DNA of 64,000 bases from Isurus oxyrinchus (Eukaryota). The stretch spans positions 248,001 to 312,000 of the forward strand of contig JANJGN010000105.1 of the NCBI GenBank assembly GCA_026770705.1, in the 5' to 3' direction. Positions within the stretch are counted from its first letter, which is position 1, and each line of letters opens with the position of its first letter. The position numbers and the translations under genes are program-made. Below the pieces are notes generated by a model. That model worked only from the letters and a program-made list of their open reading frames with translations, did no database searches and was not told where the DNA came from. Shown in pieces: positions 13,251 through 25,560 of the stretch.

Positions 13251-13639
13251 TCCCTTATATGGACGTCCAAATAATTACGGTGTATCACGAAAAGCACGGC
13301 TGATCATGCATGGGTATTTTTTCCAGAAGAGAAATCTGATTGGTACAAATCCATCTCCCCAACACCATACAAGCTGATGTTTTCAGGATTCATGTCAGTG
13401 CTTGGGCGCTGTTTTAAATGTATGTTCACCATTCTCCAAACAGCCTGATAAACAACTCCTAGTGATGTTTGCAGCAAAACATTGAAGCTGATTTGAAAAC
13501 TTTGCATTATAACTGTGCACCGTTGAATGGTGACACATAACTTCCTTGGCTTAGAAATCAATGTCACCCCTCTGTAATTCCAAACAATTTCGAACGCTTC
13601 GTTATGAAGGCAGCCAGAAGAGGGTAAAAGCGAGGCAAA

Positions 13640-14760
13640 ACAAGAGTGAGCTCCCCCCACAAAGTTGTTCTTCGGCCTGTGAAGCAGCGCCTTCGTATGA
13701 ATGTTAATCAGATGAATACATCAATCACAGCGGCAGTTGGCCTGTTTTTATCCCCTTTCCCAACTTGCTCTGATCACCTCATGCAATCGATTGAGGGCCA
13801 TGTGGAAATATATTTCAGGTCCCTGACATTGAAACTCCCCCGAATGATAGTACCAAATGTAAATTTCAACAGGCATTTGATAATTTCTCGTTGAAGCCCC
13901 CGTCGTGAGTTTGTCCCACTGTGAGCACCTTCCTTCTAATTCACCATGAAATCCATACGCTTTAATTCCAACATCCTTGAGATATGATAACATTTCAACA
14001 CTATTTTTACTTCAATTTTTGAAGTGCTTATACTTATTAAATTTAACATCCTTCCGAAGGTAATTGTGAATGTGCAACTTGCACTGGTCATGAGTGGCAT
14101 GCCCACATCCCATGAAATAAATAGAAAATAGATTGCATAGATATCAGCCTATTGATGACGGGTGTTTTTGCAGCTTAAGGATTGTTTTTGACAGGTTATT
14201 TTGATTATTGAGAAGAAGGAGAACGTATCTGTTGTTGAACAGCTTTGTGAAGGTCACATCATTCAACAGCTCTGGGAAAACACATACAGTCAGAGCTCGC
14301 TGGTAAGCTGATGTTTTAACTGGGCAAATACAAGAATTCCAGACTGCGTGCGATCAATGAGCAAGGAAGAATGCTGAATTATCCACACAGTGCCAGGTCT
14401 ATTTGAAAACCATATGATCATACTCGGACAATTGCGCCAGGTGGTTTGTTTGCTCAGATGGTTAGAGCGTTCCACTAATGGCGCAAAGGTCGCTGGCTTG
14501 AACCTCCTACTGAACATTTTATTCCCCTTAGAACTAATTATGGCCCATACTGCATTCAGTTGGAATTGCTGTCGGGAGAGGGTTCTGAAAGGTTCTTCTG
14601 CAGCTTCACGGGATGTGTTTTATTTTTCCTTCCGTGCTAATTGGCATCTGGAAAATTTCTGCCTCTAGTTTTAACGAATTCGTCCTCCTTTTACACTTCT
14701 GTGCAACAAATCTGTGGGATTTATGACAATGAAGCTTTGCTACTGTACAACGGAGCACTT
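13640..14760 (+). repeat. Segmental duplication module, paralogous to ~31010-32125 (includes tRNA-Ile)
   Basis: Colinear similarity, e.g. gagaagaaggagaacgtatctgttg and atttgaaaaccatatgatcatac in both copies. Confidence 0.85.
14443..14516 (+). pseudogene. tRNA-Ile(AAT) pseudogene
   Basis: GGTTTGTTTGCTCAGATGGTTAGAGCGTTCCACTAATGGCGCAAAGGTCGCTGGCTTGAACCTCCTACTGAACA; 74 nt, colinear with Ile-AAT, stems and B box broken. Confidence 0.75.
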
Positions 14761-14958
14761 GCTAACACCTCTTTGTTCAGCAGGTCTGAGACAAACATTT
14801 CCTTGCAGCTCCCTGGTAATCTGAAGATTTGTCTCGCCAAACACCAGAATTCCAACCTGCGCGTGATCAATCAGGCAAGGAGAAATGTTGAATTCTCCAC
14901 GCACTGCTATAGTGAATTTGAAAAGCATTTGATCAAACTAAGGAACGTGCAGCCTGGC

Positions 14959-15172
14959 AACCAGTTAGCTCCTAGGTAAAGGCAGAATACTGCGGATGCT
15001 GGGAATCTGAAACAAAAACAAAAATTGCTGGAAAAACCTCTGCAGATTCATACAGACTCGAATCGTTAATGCTGAGGTTCCAGCATTTTCTGTTTTTGAC
15101 TGTTTAGCTTGGATTGGTAAAGAGTAATTCTAATATCATTAAAGATCGGGGGTTCAATCCAAGACATGGGAG
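14959..15172 (+). pseudogene. tRNA-Ile(AAT) relic split by a ~130-bp Penelope-like end fragment
   Basis: Flanks match the Ile module; AACCAGTTAGCTC | insert | TTAGCTTGGATTGGTAAAGAG..CTAATA..GGGGTTCAATCC, with TTAGCT on both sides of the insert. Confidence 0.55.
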
Positions 15173-16067
15173 ATGTACGTCATGTATGTCCCTCGTTCAG
15201 TTGTAGTCCTTCTGCAATTACGATGTTAGAGGTTCAGTTTTAATTCCAATACTGTCACATCGGAAGTGAATTTTGAATCGGACTGTATTCTCCAGTGGCA
15301 TCGCAGATTGTGTTTTTTTCCTTTTCTTCCATACTTCTTGCCTCTGGAATATTACTGCCTCTTGTTCTGACAAATCCGTCCTTCTTTTAACACTTCTGTG
15401 CCACAAATCTGTCAGAATCATGGATCAAATATTTTCTCCTGTACAGAGAAGCACTTGCAAAAGAGCAGAGATATCACTGTATACTCTAATTGTGAAAAGT
15501 GCTTCCTGACTTTTCCCTTGGTTGGATTCTATCGCTGTGGATTAGTGGGAAAAATGTATCAGGATTCAACCGCTTTCTTACCGGCGGGAGAAGCAGTTTC
15601 TCGGTGTTTAACCTCACAATTCACTTTAGCAGGATAAGCTAGATCAGGACAACCTTCATCCTTTTACAATCAAGGGAATATAAAAGTTTAGAAGCCCTGA
15701 CAAGGCGGGAAAATGTGCAGGAATCAGGGAAAACGCGAAGGATTGGCACTGGGTGAATATCTCTTTCCGAAAGCCAGCAGAATCGGGATGGGCCAAATGG
15801 CCTTCTCCTGTCATGTGCCCATTCTATGATGGTGTATCGATCAGTATGTAGGAGATGAGTTTGAGGTCACTATGGGATTCTTTCAACTGAGAATGTGGCA
15901 CGAACCCAGGGTAAGGTTGCAATGAGGTTCGAAATGCATCAGCAGCTTTCACTATTATTCGTCCTTGAAAGTGAGCTTCGCTGGTAAGGTGTTCATTTAT
16001 TTGTGGAGCCCTCTTCTCCAGCTAGTTGGTTACTTGCCCACCACCATTCACTAATGTATAGACGATG

Positions 16068-16420
16068 TGACATAGAAGCAGAAATTAGGCCATTCGGCCC
16101 ATCGAGTCTACTCCGCCATTCAATCATGGCTGATAAGTTTCTCAACCATATTTGCCCATCTTCAACCCATAACCGTTGATCCGCTTACCAATCAAGAACC
16201 TACCTCAGTCTTAAATACACTCAATGACCTGGCCTCCACAGCCTTCTGTGGCAATTAATTCCATAGATTCACACTCTCTGGCTAAAGAAGTTTCTCCTCA
16301 TCTCTGTTCTAAACGGTCTTCCCTCTACTCTGAGGCTGTGCCCTCGGTTCCAAGTCTCTCCTACTAATGGAAACATTTTGCCCACGTCCACTCTATCCAG
16401 GCCTTTCAGTATTCTGTAGC
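16068..16420 (-). mobile_element. Relatively young CR1 LINE 3' end
   Basis: Same family as 38170-38600 in opposite orientation (agaaattaggccattcggcccatcgag...). Confidence 0.85.
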
Positions 16421-16589
16421 GTGTATGTGGAAGCTCTGTACAGCTTAGATCTGATCATTTGGTTGTGGGATCACATCAAAAGCGATTGTTAGGACAGCGG
16501 GCAAACGTTTACACAGCACAAAAAACAAGAAGTATTATATTGGGAATGAGATAAACAAAATTTATTGAAGGCTGTAATTGCGACTTAAC

Positions 16590-17010
16590 TAGGGCATCCC
16601 GTCTGGTCCTGGGCGCTGCTCTTTAGGAAGGATGGAAAGATTTGAAGTATGTTGGAAAGAGGGCAGAAAAGATTCACGAGAATGGTTCCTGGAATGAGGA
16701 ACCTTGGTTATGATGTTAGATTGGAGAAGTTAGGACGGTTTTCCTGGGAGAAAAGAAGGCTGAGAGGAGATTTGATAGAGAGATTGAAAATCACGAGAGG
16801 TCTGGTCAGAGCCGACAGGGAGAAAGTGTTCCCGTTCGTGAAACTGTCAAGATTGAAAGAATAGAGATTTTAAATAGTTGGTTAAAAAAAGCAAAAGTGA
16901 CCAGAGGAAAATCTTTACTTTTTTTGCAAAAAATGATTAAGGTCTGGAATGCACTCCCCGATAGTGTGCTGGAGGCAGTTTCAAGCAAAACATTATAAAG
17001 GGGATTAGAT
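16590..17010 (+). mobile_element. CR1 LINE 3' coding fragment
   Basis: ORF 16649-16864 LERGQKRFTRMVPGMRNLGYDVRLEKLGRFSWEKRRLRGDLIE. Confidence 0.9.
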
Positions 17011-17079
17011 AGCGAAGTGGCTTCAATTCATCCCCCACCTAGGTTCCAAGTCAGTGTAAATAGTTTAAGGCTTACAATA

Positions 17080-17960
17080 CCTGTTCAAAGTTACAAAAAA
17101 TATGTATCTAATCCCTCATGAAATCATGAGTAAGGGCGTCAGTAAACGGACAGTCAGTGGATAAAACGTAGTGACTGAGCTGTAGTATAGTGTCGGGTAT
17201 CGAAGGGGGCAAGGACGGAGTTCAAGAGGCAAACAGTTCCAGAGGAAGAAAACTGAAAGGTTGGTGAGGAGGAATAGGGCAGAATGTGAATGGCGTTCAC
17301 CATCTTTCAAGTTTTACTCAATGAAGGATCGAAAGGGAAAGTCATCTCTGTGCCAAGGAGCTGCTGATCAGTGCAGTGGCCAGAAAATAGAACTGGAATT
17401 AGCACAGTCATGGTGTTTACTGAGGCAAAGGTAACGGGTTAAGTAGCGAAACAAAAGGTGGGGGATGAATGACAGGATCCTGTCAGAAAGCAAATGAAAT
17501 GAAGGGAAAAAAATAAATTTAAAAAACGAACAAAATGGCGGCAAGGATTGCAATGCATGTTAATCTGTCATTTTACGGTCAGTGTTTACAAGATCAACGT
17601 TAATGAATTCTGCGTCGATACTCATTACCAGAAGGAGCATAGCCAGTTTCTTTTGCTTTTAAAGTATCTTTTTTTCTGCAAACTGTCTCGGATTCAAACC
17701 ACTGATTTCACAGAAATTCTGATTCGGCCCAGTTGAGGTGAAAGAGCCAGTTTATGCGTTAACGCGCACACGGAAATGTCGCCTGATTGTGTGGATGAAG
17801 GAGCCTCCCTGTCATGGTGCTCTCATATCCCGGGATCTCTGAAAAGAGCTCCTGTTCCTGACTCTGACTGCGGCTGTCACACGATCTTTATCTGCCTCTG
17901 TCTCCCACATATCAACCAATTTCAAATCTATTTCCAATGATTTCTTTGTTTAAATTGTAG
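17080..17960 (+). repeat. Unclassified ~0.9-kb module next to tRNA-Asp; copies at ~24600-25480, ~36810-37680, ~47390-48285, partial at ~46400-46610 and inverted at ~19050-19260
   Basis: Shared core gagttcaagagacaa..agaggaagaaaactgaaagattggcgaggaggaagag..gaatggcgttca and ctctgtgccaaggagctgctgat. Confidence 0.85.
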
Positions 17961-17963
17961 CTA

Positions 17964-18042
17964 CTCCCCGTTGAGGAGATGAACCCCAATCTCACGTATG
18001 ACAAGCGAGACCACTACGCTACAATGACTACACTGACGGAGA
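17964..18042 (-). pseudogene. tRNA-Asp(GTC) pseudogene, degenerate
   Basis: Reverse complement ...CTCGCTTGTCATACGTGAGATTGGGGTTCATCTCCTCAACGGGGAG; same position in the module as the Asp copy at 25488. Confidence 0.6.
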
Positions 18043-18565
18043 ATTCGTAAATCTATTCGGACAGCGGTGCGGCTTACAGGCTTAGATCTTCCATGCATCT
18101 GACCTGCGTATACAAACTCGTTTACAGCGCAGCACAAGCAATGATCATTGAACTGTTACAGTGGAAATTCTGTCTAACTGACCTAAAGGAGAATGATTAC
18201 CGTCTTGTGTAAAACGATCTATAATATATAAAGCCACAAAATGCAGTTGTGAACATGTGTGTGAGACAGAGATGGGGAGATAATGATAGAGAGGAGGAGA
18301 GAAAGAGTGAAAGAGAGAGACCCAGAAAATTGAAGGATTGAGAAAAAAGTCGCCTTTGGGAATCTTTTTAGTTGAATTTCTCCCGCGTGTGTTTTCGGAA
18401 CAAAATCTCACTGAAATGGATCAAATTCATCTCCGAGCTTGGAGTTTCTGATTTGAGTGGTTTAAAAGTAAAAATAATAAAAACAGAAAATGCTCAACAG
18501 GTCTGACAGCGTCTGTGGAGAAAGGAAGTGAGTTAACGTTTCAAATCGGCATGATTTCCTCAAAT

Positions 18566-18637
18566 TGAGGAAGGTGGGAATTGAACAAAAATCAATTGCG
18601 TGGAAGACAGATACATTCCTCACGACACCACCAACGC
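18566..18637 (-). pseudogene. tRNA-Gly(TCC) pseudogene; 3' end replaced by a Penelope-like end (18470-18565)
   Basis: Reverse complement GCGTTGGTGGTGTCGTGAGGAATGTATCTGTCTTCCACGCAATTGATTTTTGTTCAATTCCC. Confidence 0.6.
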
Positions 18638-20709
18638 TGATCAGAGAAAAATGTCAAGGCATTTAGCAAGGGCGTTAGCATTAAAAAAAATAATACGGAA
18701 TGTTGCTATACAGCCATTCACAATCTCATCTGGACACATTTTTTTTTTACGAGGACCATTAGAATTCTCTTCAGCTTTTGCACCATTAAAGGTTTTCCCT
18801 CCTCCATTCCAGCACCGCCCAACCAAACACCCTCACACACCTATTTTTGTTAATCCTGCGCCCTCCCGCTCTCCAATGGTATAGAACCAGTTATCTTTCT
18901 CCCTTTTGTTTTATTCTGATGAAAAGTCATTGAACTGAACAATTAACTCTGTCTTCACTGATGCTCCATGACCTGCTGAGCATTTTGGGATTTTTTTTGG
19001 GAGGAGGGGGGTTTGTTTTTCACTTTTCCAGTATCAACACTATTTTCCTTTTCAATTTGAAAGATTTGCAAAAAAGGTGCGAACGGTATTTACATTCCTC
19101 GCTCTTGCTCCTTGCCAATGTGCCGGTTTTCTTCCTCCACAACTCTGTTTATCTCTTGAACTGCCTCCTAACGCTCCTCAATTCCTGAAACTAAACCACA
19201 GCTCAGTCCCGATGCTGAAGCCACTGACTGCCGCTGGAATGACGTCTCTCTTCCTGATTTGTGCAATGATTTGACACGTACATTCGATATGTTAAGGGAA
19301 AAAGATCAGTCAATCGCTGAGTCTATTCCTATTAGTTGGTTAGATCGCTGTCAAAATGTTAAAACCAGAGATTTCAGCATGGAAATTAGGAAGTAATTCT
19401 ACACATAAAATGTGCTAGAACTCCAGGGCTCCCTTCTGTACATGGAATCTATTGATTGATCGATTGTTGTATTTTCAGTCTGAGACTTATCGAGTTTTGT
19501 TAAAAAGGGATATTAAGGAATATGAGGCAAAGGCGATCAGATGAAATTAGTCACCAATTATATGCAACAGCATTCAACATATTCTAGGGACTAAATATCC
19601 TCATCAACAGCAAACTTCCAGGGAAACAACTCACCTCAGCCTTCTGGAAACAAAATTGAGTTCAACAAATTTAGATCACAACACTGCCCCATGTCAATTA
19701 TTGTGCCAATTTTTTTTTTCTGGTTTGGTTTTATCACAGTTCTATCTTTTTCTTTTATGCTACATTTAGACGGATGATAGGCTGCCATTCACAACCTCAT
19801 CTGGACACATTTTCTAATTATTTGCTATCCACACGGAAATACATAAAAGTTACAGCGCAGCAGAAGTACATTCAGCCCATCCTATCTGCACCATCTCTCC
19901 AAATGAGACAGCCCCTGTCTTCTCCCCTATCCTTGCACATTCCTCCTTTTGAGATAACAGGCTAAGTAAATATTTAATGTTTCAATTGAACCTGCCTCCA
20001 CCAATCCCAGACAATGCATCGCAGAACTGAACCACATTCATCAAGAAGCATTTTTTTTCCCCTCATGTCACTTCATATCCTTTTAACAACTTGTTTCAAC
20101 TTGTGTCGTCTCGATGTCGATCATTTCATGGGTGGAAACACTTTCTCTCTATGTACACTAGCCAAACCCCTCATGGATTTTAATACCTCTATCAAATCTG
20201 ATCTCAATCTCCTCTCCTCCAAGAAAAAAAAAACTTCTCCAATCTATCGCCATAAATGAAGTTTCTGATTTCGTGAATATTCTCTGCCCTGTTTCCAAAA
20301 TCCTTCACATCGTCAAAATACTTCCTCAAGTGCAGCGCCCAGATCCAGACGGGATACACGAGCTGAGGCTGAACTCGTGCCTCATCCAAATCCCATTTAT
20401 CTCATACCCATTACAACACTCTATGTGCCATGAAAAATGTTCTCTCCTGTCTTCGCAGGCAATACCTTTCAAAGCGACCCCACAACCAATGGATCAGATC
20501 TAAGCTCTGCAGTCCTGCCACATCGAGTCATGAATGGTGTTGGACAATTAAACAACTAAGTGGAAGAGGAAGCTGCGTGATAAAATGAAGGCCTGTTCAC
20601 ACAGCATTCTAAATGCTTCCTCCCTACTTGCACATGCCTTGCTTGGTTTGGGTGCATCAACATTTGGCGTTGTACTTGAAACCTTTAAGCTTCATTGAAC
20701 TACGAAGAT

Positions 20710-21194
20710 CACTTCACACTTATGCCCATCCTTAAGTAGCTCATTGATGCTAATTGTTTTCGTCTTGTCTATCAGTTCTTGCAGGAATGTTTATTTGAAA
20801 TTAACAACTGAACCATTCTGCCGGTTATTCCTGTACCTGAAAAATCGTAGGTTGGACCACATTCTCTGCAGCTGCTGATGAATTTGTCCATGGGTTCTCT
20901 CGGCTATTATGGAAATGAAGACTTGTTGATGATTATTACTGAAGTTTAGCGTGATTCTGAACCGGTCTTCCAACTTAATCCATATCTTTGCGGCTCCTTT
21001 AGCTCTTCTGCTGTTAATCCTGACATTTTCAGCCTGCATGAACCTTTATTCACAATTGCTAGGCCAATTTGTATGGCTTACTTGTCTGGCACAGGCACAC
21101 CTGAGTCAAGAAACCATAGTTCTGTTTCAATTTTTTTGAATTCGGGTGCTAGGACAGCTGCATCCAAATTCAATCTGTGGAATTTTATGGCCAT
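20710..21194 (-). mobile_element. Gypsy-type gag relic
   Basis: MAIKFHRLNLDAAVLAPEFKKIETELWFLDSG..DK*AIQIGLAI..KG..RLKMSGLTAEELKEP / KIWIKLEDRFRITLNF / PREPMDKFISSCRE..; stops and frameshifts. Confidence 0.7.
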
Positions 21195-21807
21195 TTTGTC
21201 AAAGTCCCTTTGACTTTCCTTCTTCTGTAGTACCTGGAATGACTGTCACTGTGGCTGCCTTTGCTGACTTTTCCCAAGTTGTGCCAATATAATCACAGCC
21301 TTCTCCGGCCTGATTTTTATGCAGTTTATTTTATTTATTTTTTCATTTAATTGACTATCCCTCTTTCATAATCATTCTGGCCCACATTCTGGTAACTCGA
21401 CTTTCCTGACTAAGCTAAATTGGTGCTGGTCCTCTTGAAACTCTCTCCCACTCCTAAGTGAACTGACATGCTATGCACTGTAGTATAACCATGAGGGTTC
21501 CACCTGCTCCCCTGCTCTTTACTTTAATACTACATGGCACTGTCTCACCAGCTTTCCTGGACAGTCAGCACGCTGCCTTCTCAATGCTCTCCGATCTGCG
21601 GCTTTCTAGCGGTCTGATCAAAGCATCAAGCCATTTAACACAACCTGATGCTGTTCACCAATCGTATCTCTGGTTAATGCTACCGCCAGGCTGTCTAACC
21701 ACCGCTAAACACCATTTTCTGTTGTCATAGTATGGAGGCACCAAACACTATTAAGATGTTGTGTAAAAGCTTTGAGATATCTTGCCCCGTTCAGGAAGTC
21801 ATCATCA

Positions 21808-21879
21808 AAGATGGTGGGAAAGTGATGAGCATAGCTGCCTTCCAATCAGTTGACCTGGGTTCGGTTTCCATCCGTTATA
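21808..21879 (+). pseudogene. tRNA-Gly(TCC) pseudogene
   Basis: ..ATGGTGGGAAAGTGATGAGCATAGCTGCCTTCCAATCAGTTGACCTGGGTTCGGTTTCC; core matches Gly-TCC, acceptor stem lost. Confidence 0.8.
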
Positions 21880-22968
21880 GCTTGCTTATATCATGCTTCT
21901 GAGCTCAGGATTCTCAAACAAAGAGTTGGTTTTGATCTTCTCCGATGAGATTTTGCTCCGAAAATAAACGCGGGTGTCATTCAAGCAAAGCGATTTCCAA
22001 GCTCCACTTACATAAGGGAGATCCCATTGTGGGATTTGAAAGTGAGGATGAAGATTTAATAACTGAGGCATTGCCTGTTTAGGAACTAGTTTGCTAGTCA
22101 GCAAACAGGGGAGTGCTGGTGCGATTTCATATATTTAGATTAGGGACATGGAAATATTTATCCAGGGACAGAAAGGTTGAAAGCATCCCAGCTGTGCCTT
22201 GTTCTGCTCACAGGCAAGAGTGAAACTAAGTCAGGATTGCACGGCCCATTTCCCTTCTAGTGAGTCATGCTGCTGTCCCTCAAAGGCAAATTACAAAACC
22301 CATTTACATTTTACCTTAGAATAAGTAGGATTTCAGTCTGATTTTTCAGGATATGATTTACATTACTTCAGATAAAACATAAATACACACGGAGCTGAGC
22401 ACAGCATTTAACGTTTCAGAGCAAATATTGAGATGGGAAACAGATGAAATACTGAATGGATTAATTTTAAAAAAAGAAGAAATGCTGAAAAAATCGGCAG
22501 TTCTGACAGTTTCGGTTAGCGGGACTATTATTTAAACCTTCTATAGACCAGAAATATGAATCTACCCTTCCTCTGTGGGATCTGATTGCAGCAACTTCTA
22601 TTCTTATTTTAGATTCAGAGCATGAGCAGTATGTCTCTTTCTGAACAATGAAACAATCTGTGCTGGAATCGATATTCAAAAAAAGAATTGGGAAGCAGCA
22701 GAGGGAAACATTTTTAGAGAATCAGTAAATATTCCTGAACCCGAGTAGTTCTATCCTGGCTCCACGCTTATATTCCGGGGAAACCTTCATTTTCAGCAAT
22801 GAGGAACACGGCTGAATGACATTCTAAATGGAAGACAAGTGGAGATTGTAAATCTTTTTATCTGAATTGCATCTGCGTGTATTTTCCGTGCAAGACCTCA
22901 CCGAAACTGATCAAATAAAGCTCCGAGTGTGGGGTTTCGATTTGAATGGTTTTAAAAAATCAGCAAAC

Positions 22969-23041
22969 TGTGATGTCTGGGAATTGAATGAGACTCAGCT
23001 GCTTGGAAAAGCAAGGCCGCTCACCACGATACCACCATCGC
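22969..23041 (-). pseudogene. tRNA-Gly(TCC) pseudogene
   Basis: Reverse complement GCGATGGTGGTATCGTGGTGAGCGGCCTTGCTTTTCCAAGCAGCTGAGTCTCATTCAATTCCCAGACATCACA. Confidence 0.7.
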
Positions 23042-23049
23042 TGAATTCG

Positions 23050-23660
23050 ATACTTTCACAACAGCAAACTTTCCCAAGGCGCTTGAGAAGAACGTTATCA
23101 TTAAAAATATAGCTGACGCTCAGCCACGAAAGGACAAAATTAGCGAGGTGACAAAAGCGGTAGATTTTGAGCAGATTTCTAAAGATGAGAAAGAGCTAGA
23201 GAAGTGGAGGGGTTTAGGGAGGGTGTCCCGAATTTTAGACTAGGACAGCTGAATGCACGGTTGTCAATGACGTAGAGATTAAAACCCGGAACTTACAAGA
23301 TAACACAAGAGCAGGAACCTGGAAGTTTTTTTGGGCTGGAGGAGGTTAAGGAGAAATTAAGGGGTGAAGTCAGGGAGAGATTTTAAAGTAAGAATGAGGG
23401 TTTTAACATTGAGACTTTGCCGGGGACGGAGCCAGTGTCGGTCAACAAAGACGGGGGTGATTGGTGAACTGGACTTGATTCAGGTGAAGTTCCTGACAGC
23501 AGAATTTTGGATGAGCACAGGTATGTGTGGGGTGGAAGATGGGAGGCCGGCCAGAGGAACACTGGAATAGTCAAGCCTAGAGTTAACAAAGGAATGAATG
23601 AGGGTTCCAGCAGCAGATGAGCTGAGGCAGGGTTGGGGTTGGCCGATGTTTAGTATGTGC
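23050..23660 (-). mobile_element. L2 LINE 3' fragment (related pieces at ~35270-35870, ~44600-44810, ~56440-56690, ~59330-59700)
   Basis: ORF 23480-23677 AAGTLIHSFVNSRLDYSSVPLAGLPSST..LIQNSAVR (L2 'HAFVTSRLDY.N.LL.GLP' motif). Confidence 0.85.
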
Positions 23661-25487
23661 AAGTACAGTGTGTTCATCTGATAAACATGCTGTCAGTCTC
23701 TCTAATATCATGCAGTTTTATGAGAGATATTGGGCGTAAAATGGATACAGTGTCAGACATTATTGTTCAATATTAGGATTGCTACTGTATCTGTATCTCT
23801 GGAACATGATGTCTGTGCAGGATTTTTCACATTTGGCTGTAATCAGAAGCTGAACAAAATGTCCCAATCTGTGGTCAAGGAATGAAACCCTTTAAAGCTG
23901 AAATTTGCCCCTTTAAGTAGCCAAATTGGGATCACTCCCTGCATGATATTCGCTGTCATGAACCATTCATGTCAATCTCTTCTGGCACGGGGTTCACTGA
24001 GACGGATGAAGAGTCAGTGAATAGAGAGGAGTGTCACACTTGTTCTGTTCCTGACTCTCCAGTCCCGGTCTTTTATTGAGAACTCTGTCACCCAGAGAAT
24101 GTGTTTTCCCCCGATTCACGTCTTTGAATACTGAGAGAGCTGACAGCTGTCAGTAACTCCAGTATCTAGATCCAGGTGAGGTCATTGTGGTTCCCTGTTA
24201 AAACAACACAATAACAAGCAAAGTTCATAGAAACTATCATGACTCAGATTCAGGAGGGAATCAGACACGGTGGCAATGTGCGCTCTCTACCTTCTGATTC
24301 AGGGTCCTGAACGTTACGGAAAAAGACATGATATCTGTTGCATTGTTGTTGTTGTGGTCGTATGACCCAATAGCTGAATCGTTTTACTTCCCTGTGTCTG
24401 CAAGGTTATCAGAAGATTGTCGGTTGGAGTCCTGCAATTTGTCTTCTGGTGGTTTCACGCAGATAGTTTGCCATGTACAGGAGTTCCAGCACACTCTGTG
24501 TGTAGAATTCTTTTTTACAATTCCCGCGGTAAAATATCTGGCTTTAATTGTTTTACGGTGGCACTGGGTCCTGGGATCCCAGTCAGCAGGAATAGGTTTG
24601 GGCTGATCTTAACTGTTCAACGTTTCAAAACAATGTATCGAATGCCTCCTGCAATCATGAGGAAAGACCTCGGTAAAGGGAAAGTCAGTGGGTTAAATAT
24701 AGGGACCGAGTTGTGTCGGGAATTGGAGAGGGCTAGGAGTGAGTTCAAGAGACAAGCAGAGTTACAGAGGAAGAAAACTGGAAGATTGGCCAGGAGGAAG
24801 AGAGAGGAATATGAGTGGCGTTTATCATCTTTCAAATTTTACTCAATGAAAGACCAAAACAGAAAAATATCCTCTGTGCCAAGGAGCTGCTGATAGTGCA
24901 GAGACCCAAAAATAGAACTGGAATTAGGAAAATCATCGTGTTCACTGAGGGAGAGGCAATGGGATTAGAAAAAAAAAAGTTACGAGGGGGCCGGAGATGA
25001 AAAGGCAGGATCCTGAATAACTGCTGTTCGAAAGCAAAGTAAATAAAGAGAAAAAATAAATTTTAATAATTAACAAACTGGTGGCAGAAATTGGAATGTA
25101 AATTACTCAGTCATGTTAGTCACTGTTTACAAGATGCAGTTTACTGTCGGAATATTTCTGATTCTGACTCGTTATTCATTACTAAATCGAGTGTGGCCGT
25201 TTCCTCTCGGTTTGAAAATACCTTCTTTCAGCAAGCTGTTCTGCTTTCAAGCTACCAATTCACTGGTTTCACGGAAATTCCGATTTAGCCGAGTTCAATG
25301 AAATTGGTTTCGGACACATACAGAACTGTCGGCTGACTGGTGGCATGAAGGGCCGGTCGTCTCAAGGAACTCTAATATTCCAGGATCTCGGAAAAGAGAC
25401 GCGTTTCCTCAATCTCCCTGTCGCTGATACCAAAACTTTATCTGCACCGTCTCCTAGATATGAATTTTAAGAAATATTTCCAAGTCG

Positions 25488-25560
25488 CTCCTCGTCGGGG
25501 AAGGTGAACCCCGGTCTTCCGCGTGACAGGCAGTGATACTGACCACTATACTAACGAGGA
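25488..25560 (-). tRNA. tRNA-Asp(GTC), best-preserved copy but probably a pseudogene
   Basis: Reverse complement TCCTCGTTAGTATAGTGGTCAGTATCACTGCCTGTCACGCGGAAGACCGGGGTTCACCTTCCCCGACGAGGAG; near-canonical, but the T-loop/B box is altered (TTCACCTT). Confidence 0.85.

Larger units (their letters stand above)
19890..25450 (+). repeat. ~5.5-kb segmental duplication, copy 1 (copy 2 at ~32140-37680)
   Basis: Continuous colinearity: CR1 fragment, gag relic, tRNA-Gly(+), tRNA-Gly(-), L2, Asp-adjacent module; offset about 12.2 kb. Confidence 0.92.

Noticed and set aside
24417-24893. 158-aa ORF with a charged helix (RELERARSEFKRQAELQRKK...)
   Set aside because: The frame depends on an ~8-nt deletion private to this copy; the other copies checked (17120, 47440) have stops or shifts in this frame.
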